From an uncultured delta proteobacterium (GTDB taxonomy: Bacteria; Desulfobacterota; Desulfobaccia; Desulfobaccales; 0-14-0-80-60-11), in the NCBI GenBank assembly GCA_963697965.1, contig OY969108.1, forward strand, positions 2,109,326-2,173,325: a DNA stretch of 64,000 nucleotides, read 5' to 3'. The translations under genes and the position numbers were made by a program. The notes below the pieces were generated by a model that was not told the DNA's origin, ran no database searches, and saw only the letters and a list, made by a program, of their open reading frames with translations. Shown here one piece after another: positions 8,807-18,101 of this stretch (within the stretch, counting starts at the first letter, position 1; every line of letters begins with the position of its first letter).

Positions 8807-9889
8807 ATGAACGAAGAATTGACGGATCTCTTAGCGCCGGAAGTATCGTCCGCTAAAATATTTGAGTGCAGCGGCGCCAGATTGGAGCCGGAAGCTGCCG
8901 CGGATCTGTGGCCCAAGATTTTGCAACATAAATGGCTCATGTCCGAAAAACTCGCCCGCGATGTGGGCCTGCGGGTCGCCTGCATCGACTTCCTGGAAAA
9001 TATGGAGCAGGCCCGGGAGGAATATCTCGCCTATCAACAGCAAAACCTTTTAAAGGAAATGGGCGCTCGGACCATCAACAAAGAAATCTGGGACACCATT
9101 GCGGATTCCCAACCGCCCAAGCAGATCGTGCAGAAAAGGATCATTCTGCCCTTGACCCAGGGAGATCTGTCCAAAAAGCACGGCGTCGTCCCTCCCAAAA
9201 CCATCATTTTTTTCGGGCCTCCCGGCACCGGCAAGACTCATTTTGCCAAAGCCATCGCCGGGGCGCTTTCCTGGTGGTTCATCGAGATTGCCCCCAGCAT
9301 GCTTATGGTTGACGGCGTCGACAAGGTGGGGGCCAACCTGCGCCAGGTCATGGAAAAGGCTCGAACCCTTAAGGAAACCGTCATTTTTATCGATGAATTT
9401 GAAGAACTGGCGGGTAATCGGGACGAGGCCAGCCGGGTGGACAAATCCATCACCAACGAATTTCTCAAACAGGTGCCCCTGCTCAAAAGCCAGGGCAACC
9501 ATATCCTCCTGATTTGCGCCACCAATTACATCCGGCAACTGGACCCCGCCCTGCTGCGTCCGGGAAGATTTGATTGCATCATCCCCGTGGGAGGCCTCGA
9601 CGAAGATGAGAGAGCCACTATCCTGAAACACTTTCTCTCCATGCTCAATACCGGGGAAATCGATCTGAAGCGGATCGTCAAGATGACGGCGCGCTTTACC
9701 CCCGCTGACATCGAATATCTCTTCCAGCAAGTGGCCCAGTTCGCTTTCGAGCAGGAACTGCTTGCCAAGCACGATTATCGCGTTACCACTGACACCATCT
9801 TCGAAATCCTGCCCAAAATCCGGCCCTCTCTCACCGAAGATGTCAGCGTCGAGTTCGAAAAAGACACCATTACCTATTCCCGCTACTAA
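8807..9889 (+). CDS. AAA+ ATPase with N-terminal DUF4032-like helical segment
   Basis: Walker A GPPGTGKT, Walker B IFIDEFE, SRH ATN...LDPALLRPGRFD; N-terminal HKWLMSEKLARDVG motif. Confidence 0.85.
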   Translation: MNEELTDLLAPEVSSAKIFECSGARLEPEAAADLWPKILQHKWLMSEKLARDVGLRVACIDFLENMEQAREEYLAYQQQNLLKEMGARTINKEIWDTIADSQPPKQIVQKRIILPLTQGDLSKKHGVVPPKTIIFFGPPGTGKTHFAKAIAGALSWWFIEIAPSMLMVDGVDKVGANLRQVMEKARTLKETVIFIDEFEELAGNRDEASRVDKSITNEFLKQVPLLKSQGNHILLICATNYIRQLDPALLRPGRFDCIIPVGGLDEDERATILKHFLSMLNTGEIDLKRIVKMTARFTPADIEYLFQQVAQFAFEQELLAKHDYRVTTDTIFEILPKIRPSLTEDVSVEFEKDTITYSRY

Positions 9890-9926
9890 AAGACCGTCAT
9901 GCCTTTAACAATATCCACCGGTTCCG

Positions 9927-9949
9927 GTAGCCGCAGACTTTAGCCTGCG
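9927..9949 (+). repeat. GTAG-type REP palindrome
   Basis: gtagc-cgcagactttagcctgcg; near-identical copy at 51955. Confidence 0.6.
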
Positions 9950-10041
9950 CTTCAGGATTTTCCCAATTCCTAAAATTTATCCTCTCGACCGACTTCTTTC
10001 TCTTGGATAGCTGACCCCCCATCTGCCGCGGTGAATCAGCC

Positions 10042-11376
10042 CTAGATGACCCCTGCCCTTTCCAGGGCTGCCAGTTGAGTCTTGCCCGTTCCCAGATATT
10101 TCAAGTAGATGAACTCGTTGTCGGCGCCCACGGGACGGCATATCCATTTGAGGCGAGGCGGGGTTTCGCTCATCTTCCACGCCGGCCCCTGAACCGTGAG
10201 TTTGCCGTAGTGAGGGTCGTCAATTTCCTGAAACACGCCCCGGTCCCACCAGTTCTGCTCTTGCAGCACTTCCAGCGGTTGGCTGACCTTGCCGGTGACC
10301 ACCGCGGCGGCCCTACCCTTCTTTTTGGAAATGGCATCCTGAACCCGCTGAATCACCTCATCCACCGGGTAGCGCCCGCTCCATTCCTCGAGGAGATTTT
10401 GCAGCGCCTCTTCATTCTCCACCGAGGTGCGATTCAGAAAGGAGGAAAATCTCGGATCCTTGGCCATTTCGGGGCGTTCAATGATTTCCATCAGGGTTTC
10501 AAAGGCTTCATCGTTATAGGCCGCTAAAAAGGTGTAGCCCTCACGGCAGCGGACAAAGGTATAGGGGAAGACCGCAATATCGTAATTCCCCAGCCTCTCT
10601 TTGACCTTGCCATCCATATGGAACCAACTGAGATTGTAATCGATAAATTTCATCATGCATTCGGCGCCGGAGACGTCCACTATCTGGCCTTGGCCCGTAT
10701 CGCTGCGGAAATTGAGGGCCAGGAGGATGCCGTAGGCGGCGAACAGGCCCTCGGCATACCAGCCGTACCAACTGCCCACTTTGGTGGGGACCCCATATTC
10801 CGTGGGCTCGCCATGGTCAGGTTCGCCATTGATCTGAACCAGGCCCGAGTAGGCCTGGTTGGTTATTTCAGAACTCGGGCGGCCGCTGCCGGCTCCCGGC
10901 CCGAATTGTCCATAGGCGCCTAAGGCGGCGTAAATCAGGCGGGGATTGACTTCCCGCAGTTGCCGGTATCCAATCCCTAAGCCATCCATGACCCCGGGTT
11001 GGTAAGTTTCGATGACCACGTCCGCATGTTTCGCCAGGGTAGTGAAAATCTCCGGGGATTCCGCCTTCTGAAGATCCAGGGTGATATGGTATTTGTTTCT
11101 TCCTTCCACGAGATACCCAAGCCCGGTATCTTGATGCATGATGCCGAAGGGGCTGAATTTCCTGGTTACATCGCCGCCGGGAGGTTCGATGCGGATGACC
11201 TGGGCGCCCAGTTCGGCGAGCATGGAGGAGCACACCGGCCCTCCCATATTCCCGGCACTCACATCGAGCACCAGCAAGTCAGACAATGCCTCTGGTTTCT
11301 GGGGGGCATGGGCCGGATCGGTCCGTTCCCTGGCCCAGTCATACCAGGAATTTCTGCTGTCTTTGCCATGTCTCAT
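10042..11376 (-). CDS. Class III (CaiB/BaiF) CoA-transferase, catalytic Asp replaced by Trp
   Basis: LAELGAQVIRIEPPGGD, NKYHITLDL; GSWYGWYAEG at the position of the canonical GDxxxG. Confidence 0.88.
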   Translation of the reverse strand: MRHGKDSRNSWYDWARERTDPAHAPQKPEALSDLLVLDVSAGNMGGPVCSSMLAELGAQVIRIEPPGGDVTRKFSPFGIMHQDTGLGYLVEGRNKYHITLDLQKAESPEIFTTLAKHADVVIETYQPGVMDGLGIGYRQLREVNPRLIYAALGAYGQFGPGAGSGRPSSEITNQAYSGLVQINGEPDHGEPTEYGVPTKVGSWYGWYAEGLFAAYGILLALNFRSDTGQGQIVDVSGAECMMKFIDYNLSWFHMDGKVKERLGNYDIAVFPYTFVRCREGYTFLAAYNDEAFETLMEIIERPEMAKDPRFSSFLNRTSVENEEALQNLLEEWSGRYPVDEVIQRVQDAISKKKGRAAAVVTGKVSQPLEVLQEQNWWDRGVFQEIDDPHYGKLTVQGPAWKMSETPPRLKWICRPVGADNEFIYLKYLGTGKTQLAALERAGVI

Positions 11377-11398
11377 AGCGGCATCCCTTCATGGTTAA

Positions 11399-11500
11399 GT
11401 CCCCCTTTGAAAAAGGGGGATTTAGGGGGATTTCCAGATGTTATATTAAATCTCCCCTGAGGTGCTCCCCAACCCCCTCCCCTCTCAGGGAGGGGGGATG
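11399..11500. repeat. Cluster of C/G-run palindromes (CCCCCTTT...AAAGGGGGATTTAGGGGGAT and CCCCTCCC...GGGAGGGG types)
   Basis: tcccccttt-gaaa-aaggggga and cccctccc-ctctca-gggagggg hairpins between the two CoA-transferase genes. Confidence 0.65.
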
Positions 11501-11595
11501 ATCTCAAATTTTTGTTATGATAATTGTGGGGCATAACTCTACCTCGCCGATTACCCAGGGTGATTCCGTCTTCCCGGGGGGCGGGGCGCCGGGTC

Positions 11596-12933
11596 TCAGG
11601 GGTCGATGACCCCATCCCGGCCATTCCAATGGTCCGGGGGCTTGGCGCCGACGCGATCAGCCCAGGCGCCGATAACCCGCTTTTCCAGCAATTGCTTCAT
11701 CCGTTCTTCGGTGAGATTAAGCAGGGTACGAAAGACATGGGAATTGTGAAACCCCACCGGTTTGGCGATCCATCTCATGCGTCCCGGGCTTCCCGAGAGT
11801 TTGGGGCCCGGGCCGTATTCTACCACCTTCCCATAAAGGGGATCTTCAAACTCGCAAACCGCTCCCCGCTGGCGGAGGTGTTCGTCATGGTAGTGGTCCC
11901 GGGCATTGACCACCCGGTGGGCCGCGAACCCATGGATACCCGCCAAATGTTCGATCTCCCCGCCCTTCTCTAATACAGCCCAATCTGCCACCGTCTTATA
12001 TAGGGCCGCATTATTTTCTGCCACCAGGCGGGCGGCAACCGTATCAAACCTCGAGTCCGACGCCAGCTCCATCCGGTCCATCGCCTGGCAAAGCCCTGTA
12101 AACTGCTCATCATCAAGCGCGGCAATGGCGACAAACCCATCCTGGCAGCGAAAAATTCCCGAAGGAGAACAGGATATATCGCGATTGCCGTAAAGTCCGC
12201 GCTCCTTTTGCATTTGGGTTTGATAGAGCCATGTCCAATCGAGAATGCGGATCAGCCCCTCAGCCTGGGAAACGTCCAGGAATTGTCCCCGGCCGGTCTT
12301 CTTGCGATGGTGGAGCGCGGCCAAAATGCCAATGGCGGCAAAGAGAGCCCCGGTGCAATCGCCGATCCAGATACCGGTCTTGAGGGGAGTTCTACCCGGA
12401 AACCCGGTGATGGCCGAAAAGCCGCTCATGGCCTGGGAGGTGGCGTCATAGGAGGGCCGGTCTTTGAACCTGCTCCACTGGCCAAAACCACTGTTGGCCT
12501 GGTAAATGAGAGCCGGGTTGACTTGGCTGAGTTGCCGGTAACCGACTCCCCAGCGGTCCATGGAGCCGGCGCGGAAGTTTTCCACGAGGACATCGGATTT
12601 GGCCACCATGGCCCGGAGCAGATCGCTCCCTTCGGAGGTGCGAATATCGATGGCCACATGATACTTATTGTGGTTCATATGGGTGAAGGCCGGCGAAATG
12701 TTTTGCCAGTAAAAGCCTCGAGGCGCCACGTAGCGCATGAGGTCACCCATCCCCGGCAGCTCGATCTTGATGACCTCCGCCCCAAAGTCGGCCAATAGAT
12801 CCGTGGTCACCGGCCCAAACACCCGGGTGCATAATTCGAGGACTCGCACGCCTTTCAAGGCTTCCGGTTTGCCGAAGATCTTGTTCACCGAGAACAATTC
12901 GTTGGCCCATTCGAGATAGCTTTGGTCTTCCAT
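11596..12933 (-). CDS. Class III (CaiB/BaiF) CoA-transferase, catalytic Asp retained
   Basis: LADFGAEVIKIE, VLVENFRAG, IWIGDCTGALFAAIGILAAL. Confidence 0.9.
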   Translation of the reverse strand: MEDQSYLEWANELFSVNKIFGKPEALKGVRVLELCTRVFGPVTTDLLADFGAEVIKIELPGMGDLMRYVAPRGFYWQNISPAFTHMNHNKYHVAIDIRTSEGSDLLRAMVAKSDVLVENFRAGSMDRWGVGYRQLSQVNPALIYQANSGFGQWSRFKDRPSYDATSQAMSGFSAITGFPGRTPLKTGIWIGDCTGALFAAIGILAALHHRKKTGRGQFLDVSQAEGLIRILDWTWLYQTQMQKERGLYGNRDISCSPSGIFRCQDGFVAIAALDDEQFTGLCQAMDRMELASDSRFDTVAARLVAENNAALYKTVADWAVLEKGGEIEHLAGIHGFAAHRVVNARDHYHDEHLRQRGAVCEFEDPLYGKVVEYGPGPKLSGSPGRMRWIAKPVGFHNSHVFRTLLNLTEERMKQLLEKRVIGAWADRVGAKPPDHWNGRDGVIDP

Positions 12934-12948
12934 CTAAATCATCCTTCT

Positions 12949-13656
12949 TCAGACGGCCAGATATTTTCCCTTGATCTCCTCGTTGGCCAGCAGATCCGCC
13001 ATCTCCCCTTCAAACTTCAGTGAGCCTTTATCTATCACATAAACCCGTTGAGATACCTTGGCGCAAAAGTGGAGATTCTGTTCCGCCAAGACGACGGTAA
13101 CGCCTTCTTTACGGATTTCGAGGATCATGTCGGCCAGCAGGCTGACAATCAGAGGCGCCAGCCCCTCCGAAGGCTCGTCCAGCAACAGGAGTTCCGGATT
13201 GGTCATGAGAGTCCGGGCAATGGCGAGCATTTGTTGTTCACCTCCCGAGAGCTGGGAACCCAGATTTTTTTCCCGTTCCTGAAGACGCGGGAAAAATGAG
13301 TAAACCTTCTGCACAGTCCAGGGCGAGGACATTTCCTGCTCCCGTCTTGCCGCCACTTCCAGGTTTTCCCGCACGGTTAAGTCCGGGAAAACGCGCCGGT
13401 CTTCGGGGACAAAGCCAATCCCCCTCCGGCAGATCTGATAGGCCCTCAGCCCGTTTATCCGAGCCCCGTTAAAAACGATTGCACCCGTCTGGGGAGGGGT
13501 CAGCCCGATGATCGACCGGAAAGTAGTGCTTTTCCCCGCCCCGTTGCGCCCGATCAAGCTGGCCACCTCCCCTTTCTCGATGGCCAGCGACACATCGAAC
13601 AAGACGTGGCTGCGCCCATAGTAGGTGTTGATGGAGCTCAATTCCAAAAAGGCCAC
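12949..13656 (-). CDS. livF: LIV-type ABC transporter ATP-binding protein
   Basis: GRNGAGKST, LSGGEQQM, LLLDEPSEGLAP. Confidence 0.9.
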   Translation of the reverse strand: MAFLELSSINTYYGRSHVLFDVSLAIEKGEVASLIGRNGAGKSTTFRSIIGLTPPQTGAIVFNGARINGLRAYQICRRGIGFVPEDRRVFPDLTVRENLEVAARREQEMSSPWTVQKVYSFFPRLQEREKNLGSQLSGGEQQMLAIARTLMTNPELLLLDEPSEGLAPLIVSLLADMILEIRKEGVTVVLAEQNLHFCAKVSQRVYVIDKGSLKFEGEMADLLANEEIKGKYLAV

Positions 13657-13675
13657 GAAAGTTCCTCCCAGGCCG

Positions 13676-14443
13676 CTATCTCATCAGCTCATCACCCAGG
13701 TACGCCTTGCGCACTTCACTGTTTGCCTTGATTTCGAGGGCAGTGCCGGCCGCTATCACTGTTCCTTGATGCAGCACGGTGATTTCTTCAGAGATGCCGA
13801 AGACGATGTCCATATCGTGTTCGGTGAAAACCAAAGTTAAGCCCTGTTCAATGGAGATCTTTTTGAGAAGGCTTACCGTCTCGCGGCTTTCATATCTCGA
13901 CATCCCGGCGGTGGGCTCATCCAGCAACAACAGCCGCGGGCGGGAGGCTATGGATATGGCGATCTCCAGCCGCTTTTGATCGCCGTGGGAAAGGACCGAG
14001 GCCGAAGAGGCCCGTTTTTCTCTGAGCCCCACCTGCTCGATTATTTCCAGCGCTTCCTCCGCGATGGCCGGAAATTTCCGGGCCAAAGCGAAAACCCGGG
14101 AAGATTTGCCATAATGAGCGAATAGCGCCACCTGCACATTTTCGAACACGGACATCCTGGGGAAGATGTTGGTGATTTGAAACGAACGCCCGACCCCCTT
14201 GCGGATGATCCGGTAGGGGGGCAGCCCCGAAATCCGTTCACCGTCGAAGAGCACTTCCCCTGCATCCGGTTGCAGCAGTCCGGTCATCACATTGAACAAG
14301 GTCGATTTCCCGGCCCCGTTCGGCCCGATGACGGCGTAAATCTCACCCTTGGCTACCGAGAGATTTACCTCCCGGAGCGCCCTAAGACCTCCGAAGTCCT
14401 TCGTGATGCCGTGGAGTTCTAGAAATCCCAGGTTCGCAGCCAT
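13676..14443 (-). CDS. livG: LIV-type ABC transporter ATP-binding protein
   Basis: GPNGAGKST, LSHGDQKRLEIA, LLLDEPTAG, EHDMD. Confidence 0.9.
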   Translation of the reverse strand: MAANLGFLELHGITKDFGGLRALREVNLSVAKGEIYAVIGPNGAGKSTLFNVMTGLLQPDAGEVLFDGERISGLPPYRIIRKGVGRSFQITNIFPRMSVFENVQVALFAHYGKSSRVFALARKFPAIAEEALEIIEQVGLREKRASSASVLSHGDQKRLEIAISIASRPRLLLLDEPTAGMSRYESRETVSLLKKISIEQGLTLVFTEHDMDIVFGISEEITVLHQGTVIAAGTALEIKANSEVRKAYLGDELMR

Positions 14444-16329
14444 CCGAGCCTCACCAGCAAATTACGCGCCTTTTCGTTGAAATAACCCACCGCCCCGCCA
14501 GGCAGGACCAGCACCATGGTCAGCAGCACCAACCCCAGGACCAAACCCCAGTTCTCGGTCCAGGCCAGGATGTAGGAATTCAGAGTGATGTAAATGGCCG
14601 CTCCTACGGCCGGCCCCGCGAAGGAATAAATTCCGCCCATAATGGTCATCAAGACCGGTTCCGCCGACTTGGTCCAGTGGATAATCTCCGGAGAGATCGA
14701 TTTCTCCATGAGGGCATAGAGGCCCCCGGCCAAACCGGTGAAGGCCCCGGCCAAGACAAAGGCAGTCCACTGGTAGAGTTGGACGTTGATGCCCAGGTAG
14801 GAAGCCCGCTGGCCGTTCTCCCTGATGGCCTTCAGGGTCGCCCCAAATGGAGAAGAGCGCACCCTGTTCAAAATGGCCACCGCCAGGGCCGCCACCACGA
14901 GGACAAAATAGTACATGTCCCTGGTGGAGGAGATATCTAAGCTAAAATTCCCCAGGGAGATGGCCCGCACCGGGATTCCCTGGATGCCGTTGTCCCCTCC
15001 CGTGACGCTGTACCACTTGAAAGCCACAGTATAGATGAGCTGCCCGAAAGCCAGGGTGAGCATGGCAAAATGGATCCCGGAAAGGCGGATGCAGAAAAAC
15101 CCTATGACGGCAGCCGCCCCTGCGGACATAACCAGCGCCAGGGCCAGGGTCGAAAGGGTGCCTACGGCTGTCTTGGTCAAGAGCAGTCCCACCGTGTAGG
15201 CCCCGACGCCGAAGAAGGCGGCCTGGCCGAAGGAAAGCAATCCGGTAGTCCCCAGCAACAGATTGAACGCAATGGCCATGAGCCCTGCCACAAAAATCTG
15301 CGTCAAGAGATACTGGTAATAGCGCCCGATAAAAAGCGGCAGAACCAGTAGGACAACCAGCGGGAGCAGCCGCAGCACATAGTGGACGGAAAAATGCACC
15401 GGCGAGATTTCCTGGGCCTCCATGCTTAGGTTTTTCTCGGACAGGGATTTGATCTTTACCGGCTTCCCGAAAAGTCCCCAGGGCCTCACTATCAGCACCA
15501 GCACCATCAGCAGGTAGATGAAAGCCATCTCGAACGCCGGGAAGACGATGATGCCCACCGTCTCCAGGGTGCCGATGAGCAGTGAGGCGACCAGGGCCCC
15601 CCAGAGGCTCCCCAGTCCGCCGATCACCACTACCACAAAGGATTCAATGATAACTTCGGTGCCTAAACCCGGGAAGACGGTGCGCACCGGACCGGCCAGG
15701 GCGCCGGCAAAACCCGCCAGCATGGCGCCAAAAGCGAATACCAGGGTGAATAGCGCCGACATATTGATGCCGAGGGCATCAGCCATCTCCCGGTCTGAAG
15801 ACGTGGCCCGCACCACCTTTCCCGTCTTGGTCCGGTATAGCAGGTACCACATGGCGGCCGCGACCACGGGCGCCACCACCACCACCAGGGCTGTATAGAC
15901 GGGGACGGTGCCGCCGAAAAGGACGAAGGACCCCGAAAGAAAATCGGGCTTGGCGATGGACTTATATTCGCCGCCGAAGATGATCTTCACCAGGTCATCG
16001 ATGATGAGCACCAGGGCAAAGGTAAGGAGGAGCTGGTAGGTCTCTTCCTGGAAATAGATCCGCCGCAGCAGTCCTATTTCAATTAAAGCCGCCACTGCCG
16101 CGACGCCCAGGGGCGCCATCAAAAGGGCCAGGAAGAAACCGGCGGGGCCTACCAGGTAAAGGGTGATGCCGTATGCCAGGTAGGCCCCCAGCATATAGAG
16201 CGCCCCGTGGGCGAAGTTGATGATATTGAGCACCCCGAAGATGAGGGTCAGCCCGGAGGATATGAGGAACAGGAAGGCAGCCTGCCGCAAGGCGCTCAAG
16301 ACCTCGACCGTCAGGAAAGAAAGACTCAT
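14419..16329 (-). CDS. Fused LivH-LivM ABC permease
   Basis: LivH motif GVLNIINFAHG in N-half; LivM motif GLLSFGQAAFFGVGAY in C-half. Confidence 0.88.
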   Translation of the reverse strand: MSLSFLTVEVLSALRQAAFLFLISSGLTLIFGVLNIINFAHGALYMLGAYLAYGITLYLVGPAGFFLALLMAPLGVAAVAALIEIGLLRRIYFQEETYQLLLTFALVLIIDDLVKIIFGGEYKSIAKPDFLSGSFVLFGGTVPVYTALVVVVAPVVAAAMWYLLYRTKTGKVVRATSSDREMADALGINMSALFTLVFAFGAMLAGFAGALAGPVRTVFPGLGTEVIIESFVVVVIGGLGSLWGALVASLLIGTLETVGIIVFPAFEMAFIYLLMVLVLIVRPWGLFGKPVKIKSLSEKNLSMEAQEISPVHFSVHYVLRLLPLVVLLVLPLFIGRYYQYLLTQIFVAGLMAIAFNLLLGTTGLLSFGQAAFFGVGAYTVGLLLTKTAVGTLSTLALALVMSAGAAAVIGFFCIRLSGIHFAMLTLAFGQLIYTVAFKWYSVTGGDNGIQGIPVRAISLGNFSLDISSTRDMYYFVLVVAALAVAILNRVRSSPFGATLKAIRENGQRASYLGINVQLYQWTAFVLAGAFTGLAGGLYALMEKSISPEIIHWTKSAEPVLMTIMGGIYSFAGPAVGAAIYITLNSYILAWTENWGLVLGLVLLTMVLVLPGGAVGYFNEKARNLLVRLGWLRTWDF

Positions 16330-16382
16330 GCTTCCCTCATCTCCGGCGCCCAGCCCGGATACCGGGGCTCAGTCACTAGCGG

Positions 16383-17594
16383 CTATTTGTTTTGGCTTTG
16401 CGCCTTTTCCCAATCTGCGATCGAGTAAAGGATCTCGTCTGCCGGAAAAATTTTTTGTTCTCCCGTTATGGCGAAAGGATATTCTTTGACAAAGGTCGTC
16501 TCGCCCACCATGAAATCACAAGAAAGCTGATGATCTTCTTTGCGCAGCGATTCCTTCCCCCGCGGCGCCTCCCTGGTCAGCCCTTCCAGCGCCGCGATGA
16601 CCTTGTCGGTATCCAAAGAGCCCGCCTTCTTGATGGCTTCGGCCAGGAAATAAATGCCGTCATATCCCTCCGCCGCCCAGGCGCTGGGATAATCCCCGTA
16701 AGCGGCCTGGTAAGCCTTTACGAAATCCTTATTTGTCGAGGAATCGGGCCAATAGAAATAATACCTTTGATCCACGATCATTCCCTGCGGCATATCCTTC
16801 CCCAGGGCTTTGGTCACAGTGATGTCGCCTCCGGTGGCGATAACCCATTTCATCTTGTCAAAAAGCCCGTATGGTTTTGCCTGCTTGATAAAGGCCACGA
16901 GGTCCCCACCCCAGAAGGAGCAGAAAACCACCTCGGGTTTGGCGGCCAGGATGGCATTGATGTAAGGCGTATAATCGGCAGCAAAAAGTTTGGGCCACTG
17001 TTCCCCGATGAATTGGGCCTTGGGATTCTGCTGGGCGATCTTGGCCTTGAAAAGATCCCACATCGTCCGCCCGTATTCATAGTCGGGACCGATGTTGTAG
17101 AATTTCGTCAGTTTCTGGTCTTGGGCCGTATAAAGAGCCAGGGAATTCGCTTCTTGCGAATTGCAGGTTCCGGAACGGAAGGTATAGCGGTTCCACTTTT
17201 CCTTGGTAAGGGTATCCGTGGACCCCACCGTGTCCATGAAGATCACTTTCTCCTGTTTGGCGACCTGGGCCGCGGCCAGGCACCCCGCTGAACTAACTAT
17301 CCCGAAAAGGAAATTGACATTGTCTTTCTGAACATAGCGGTTGCAAAGGGAAACAATTTCCTGCACGTTGGCTTTGCTATCCGCCATCTTGAGATCGAGC
17401 TTCTTGCCCAGCACTCCTCCCTTGTCGTTAATTTCTTTAACCGCCAGTTCCGCACCCTGTTTACAGGTGATGCCCAGGTCCGCCGCCCTGCCGGACAAAG
17501 GCAGCATCCCGCCTATCTTGATGGTGTCAGCCCCACGATTGCATGAGTTTGTCAGTATCAAAACCAGGAACACTGCCATTAGACCTTTTCTCAT
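16383..17594 (-). CDS. LIV-type ABC substrate-binding protein
   Basis: Signal/lipoprotein-like N-terminus, IKIGGMLPLSG, AVKEINDKGGVLG. Confidence 0.9.
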   Translation of the reverse strand: MRKGLMAVFLVLILTNSCNRGADTIKIGGMLPLSGRAADLGITCKQGAELAVKEINDKGGVLGKKLDLKMADSKANVQEIVSLCNRYVQKDNVNFLFGIVSSAGCLAAAQVAKQEKVIFMDTVGSTDTLTKEKWNRYTFRSGTCNSQEANSLALYTAQDQKLTKFYNIGPDYEYGRTMWDLFKAKIAQQNPKAQFIGEQWPKLFAADYTPYINAILAAKPEVVFCSFWGGDLVAFIKQAKPYGLFDKMKWVIATGGDITVTKALGKDMPQGMIVDQRYYFYWPDSSTNKDFVKAYQAAYGDYPSAWAAEGYDGIYFLAEAIKKAGSLDTDKVIAALEGLTREAPRGKESLRKEDHQLSCDFMVGETTFVKEYPFAITGEQKIFPADEILYSIADWEKAQSQNK

Positions 17595-18101
17595 TGCTCT
17601 TCTCCTTTTTGCCTTGGTTTGATCTCTTTTACTGACACTCGCCGTCCAGGACGACCTTCACTCGGAACTATTACCATCTAAATTTGCTGACCAACCGATA
17701 CCGCCGAGCATATTCATTTTTCCCGCAGACCCGGTTATTCCCGGATACATCTTTAGGGGAGATTCCGCAATAAAAAAAGATGTTTGCAATATGTTTCACA
17801 TGGCCTGGGGCGCGGGAGAAGGGCGATGGACCCCCGGGCCTGGGCGCGGCTGGCCCAGGAGACCTCAGCACCAAATAACCATAGCCTGCCGCCGATTTTT
17901 CAGCTTTTTGGGGTTTTATCAGGGTAAGACGCGGTTAGCTTCCGATTCCAGGCCTGCTGAACGGGAGGCAGAACCCAAATTTCCGGCTTTTTTCCCTTCG
18001 GCCCCCAGACAAGAAGTTTTTAAATGATTATGTTCATTGGTTAATCGATTAGAGCAATCCCCGAACCCCGTAATTTATCCATCTCAGAAAGGATAACTGA
18101 C

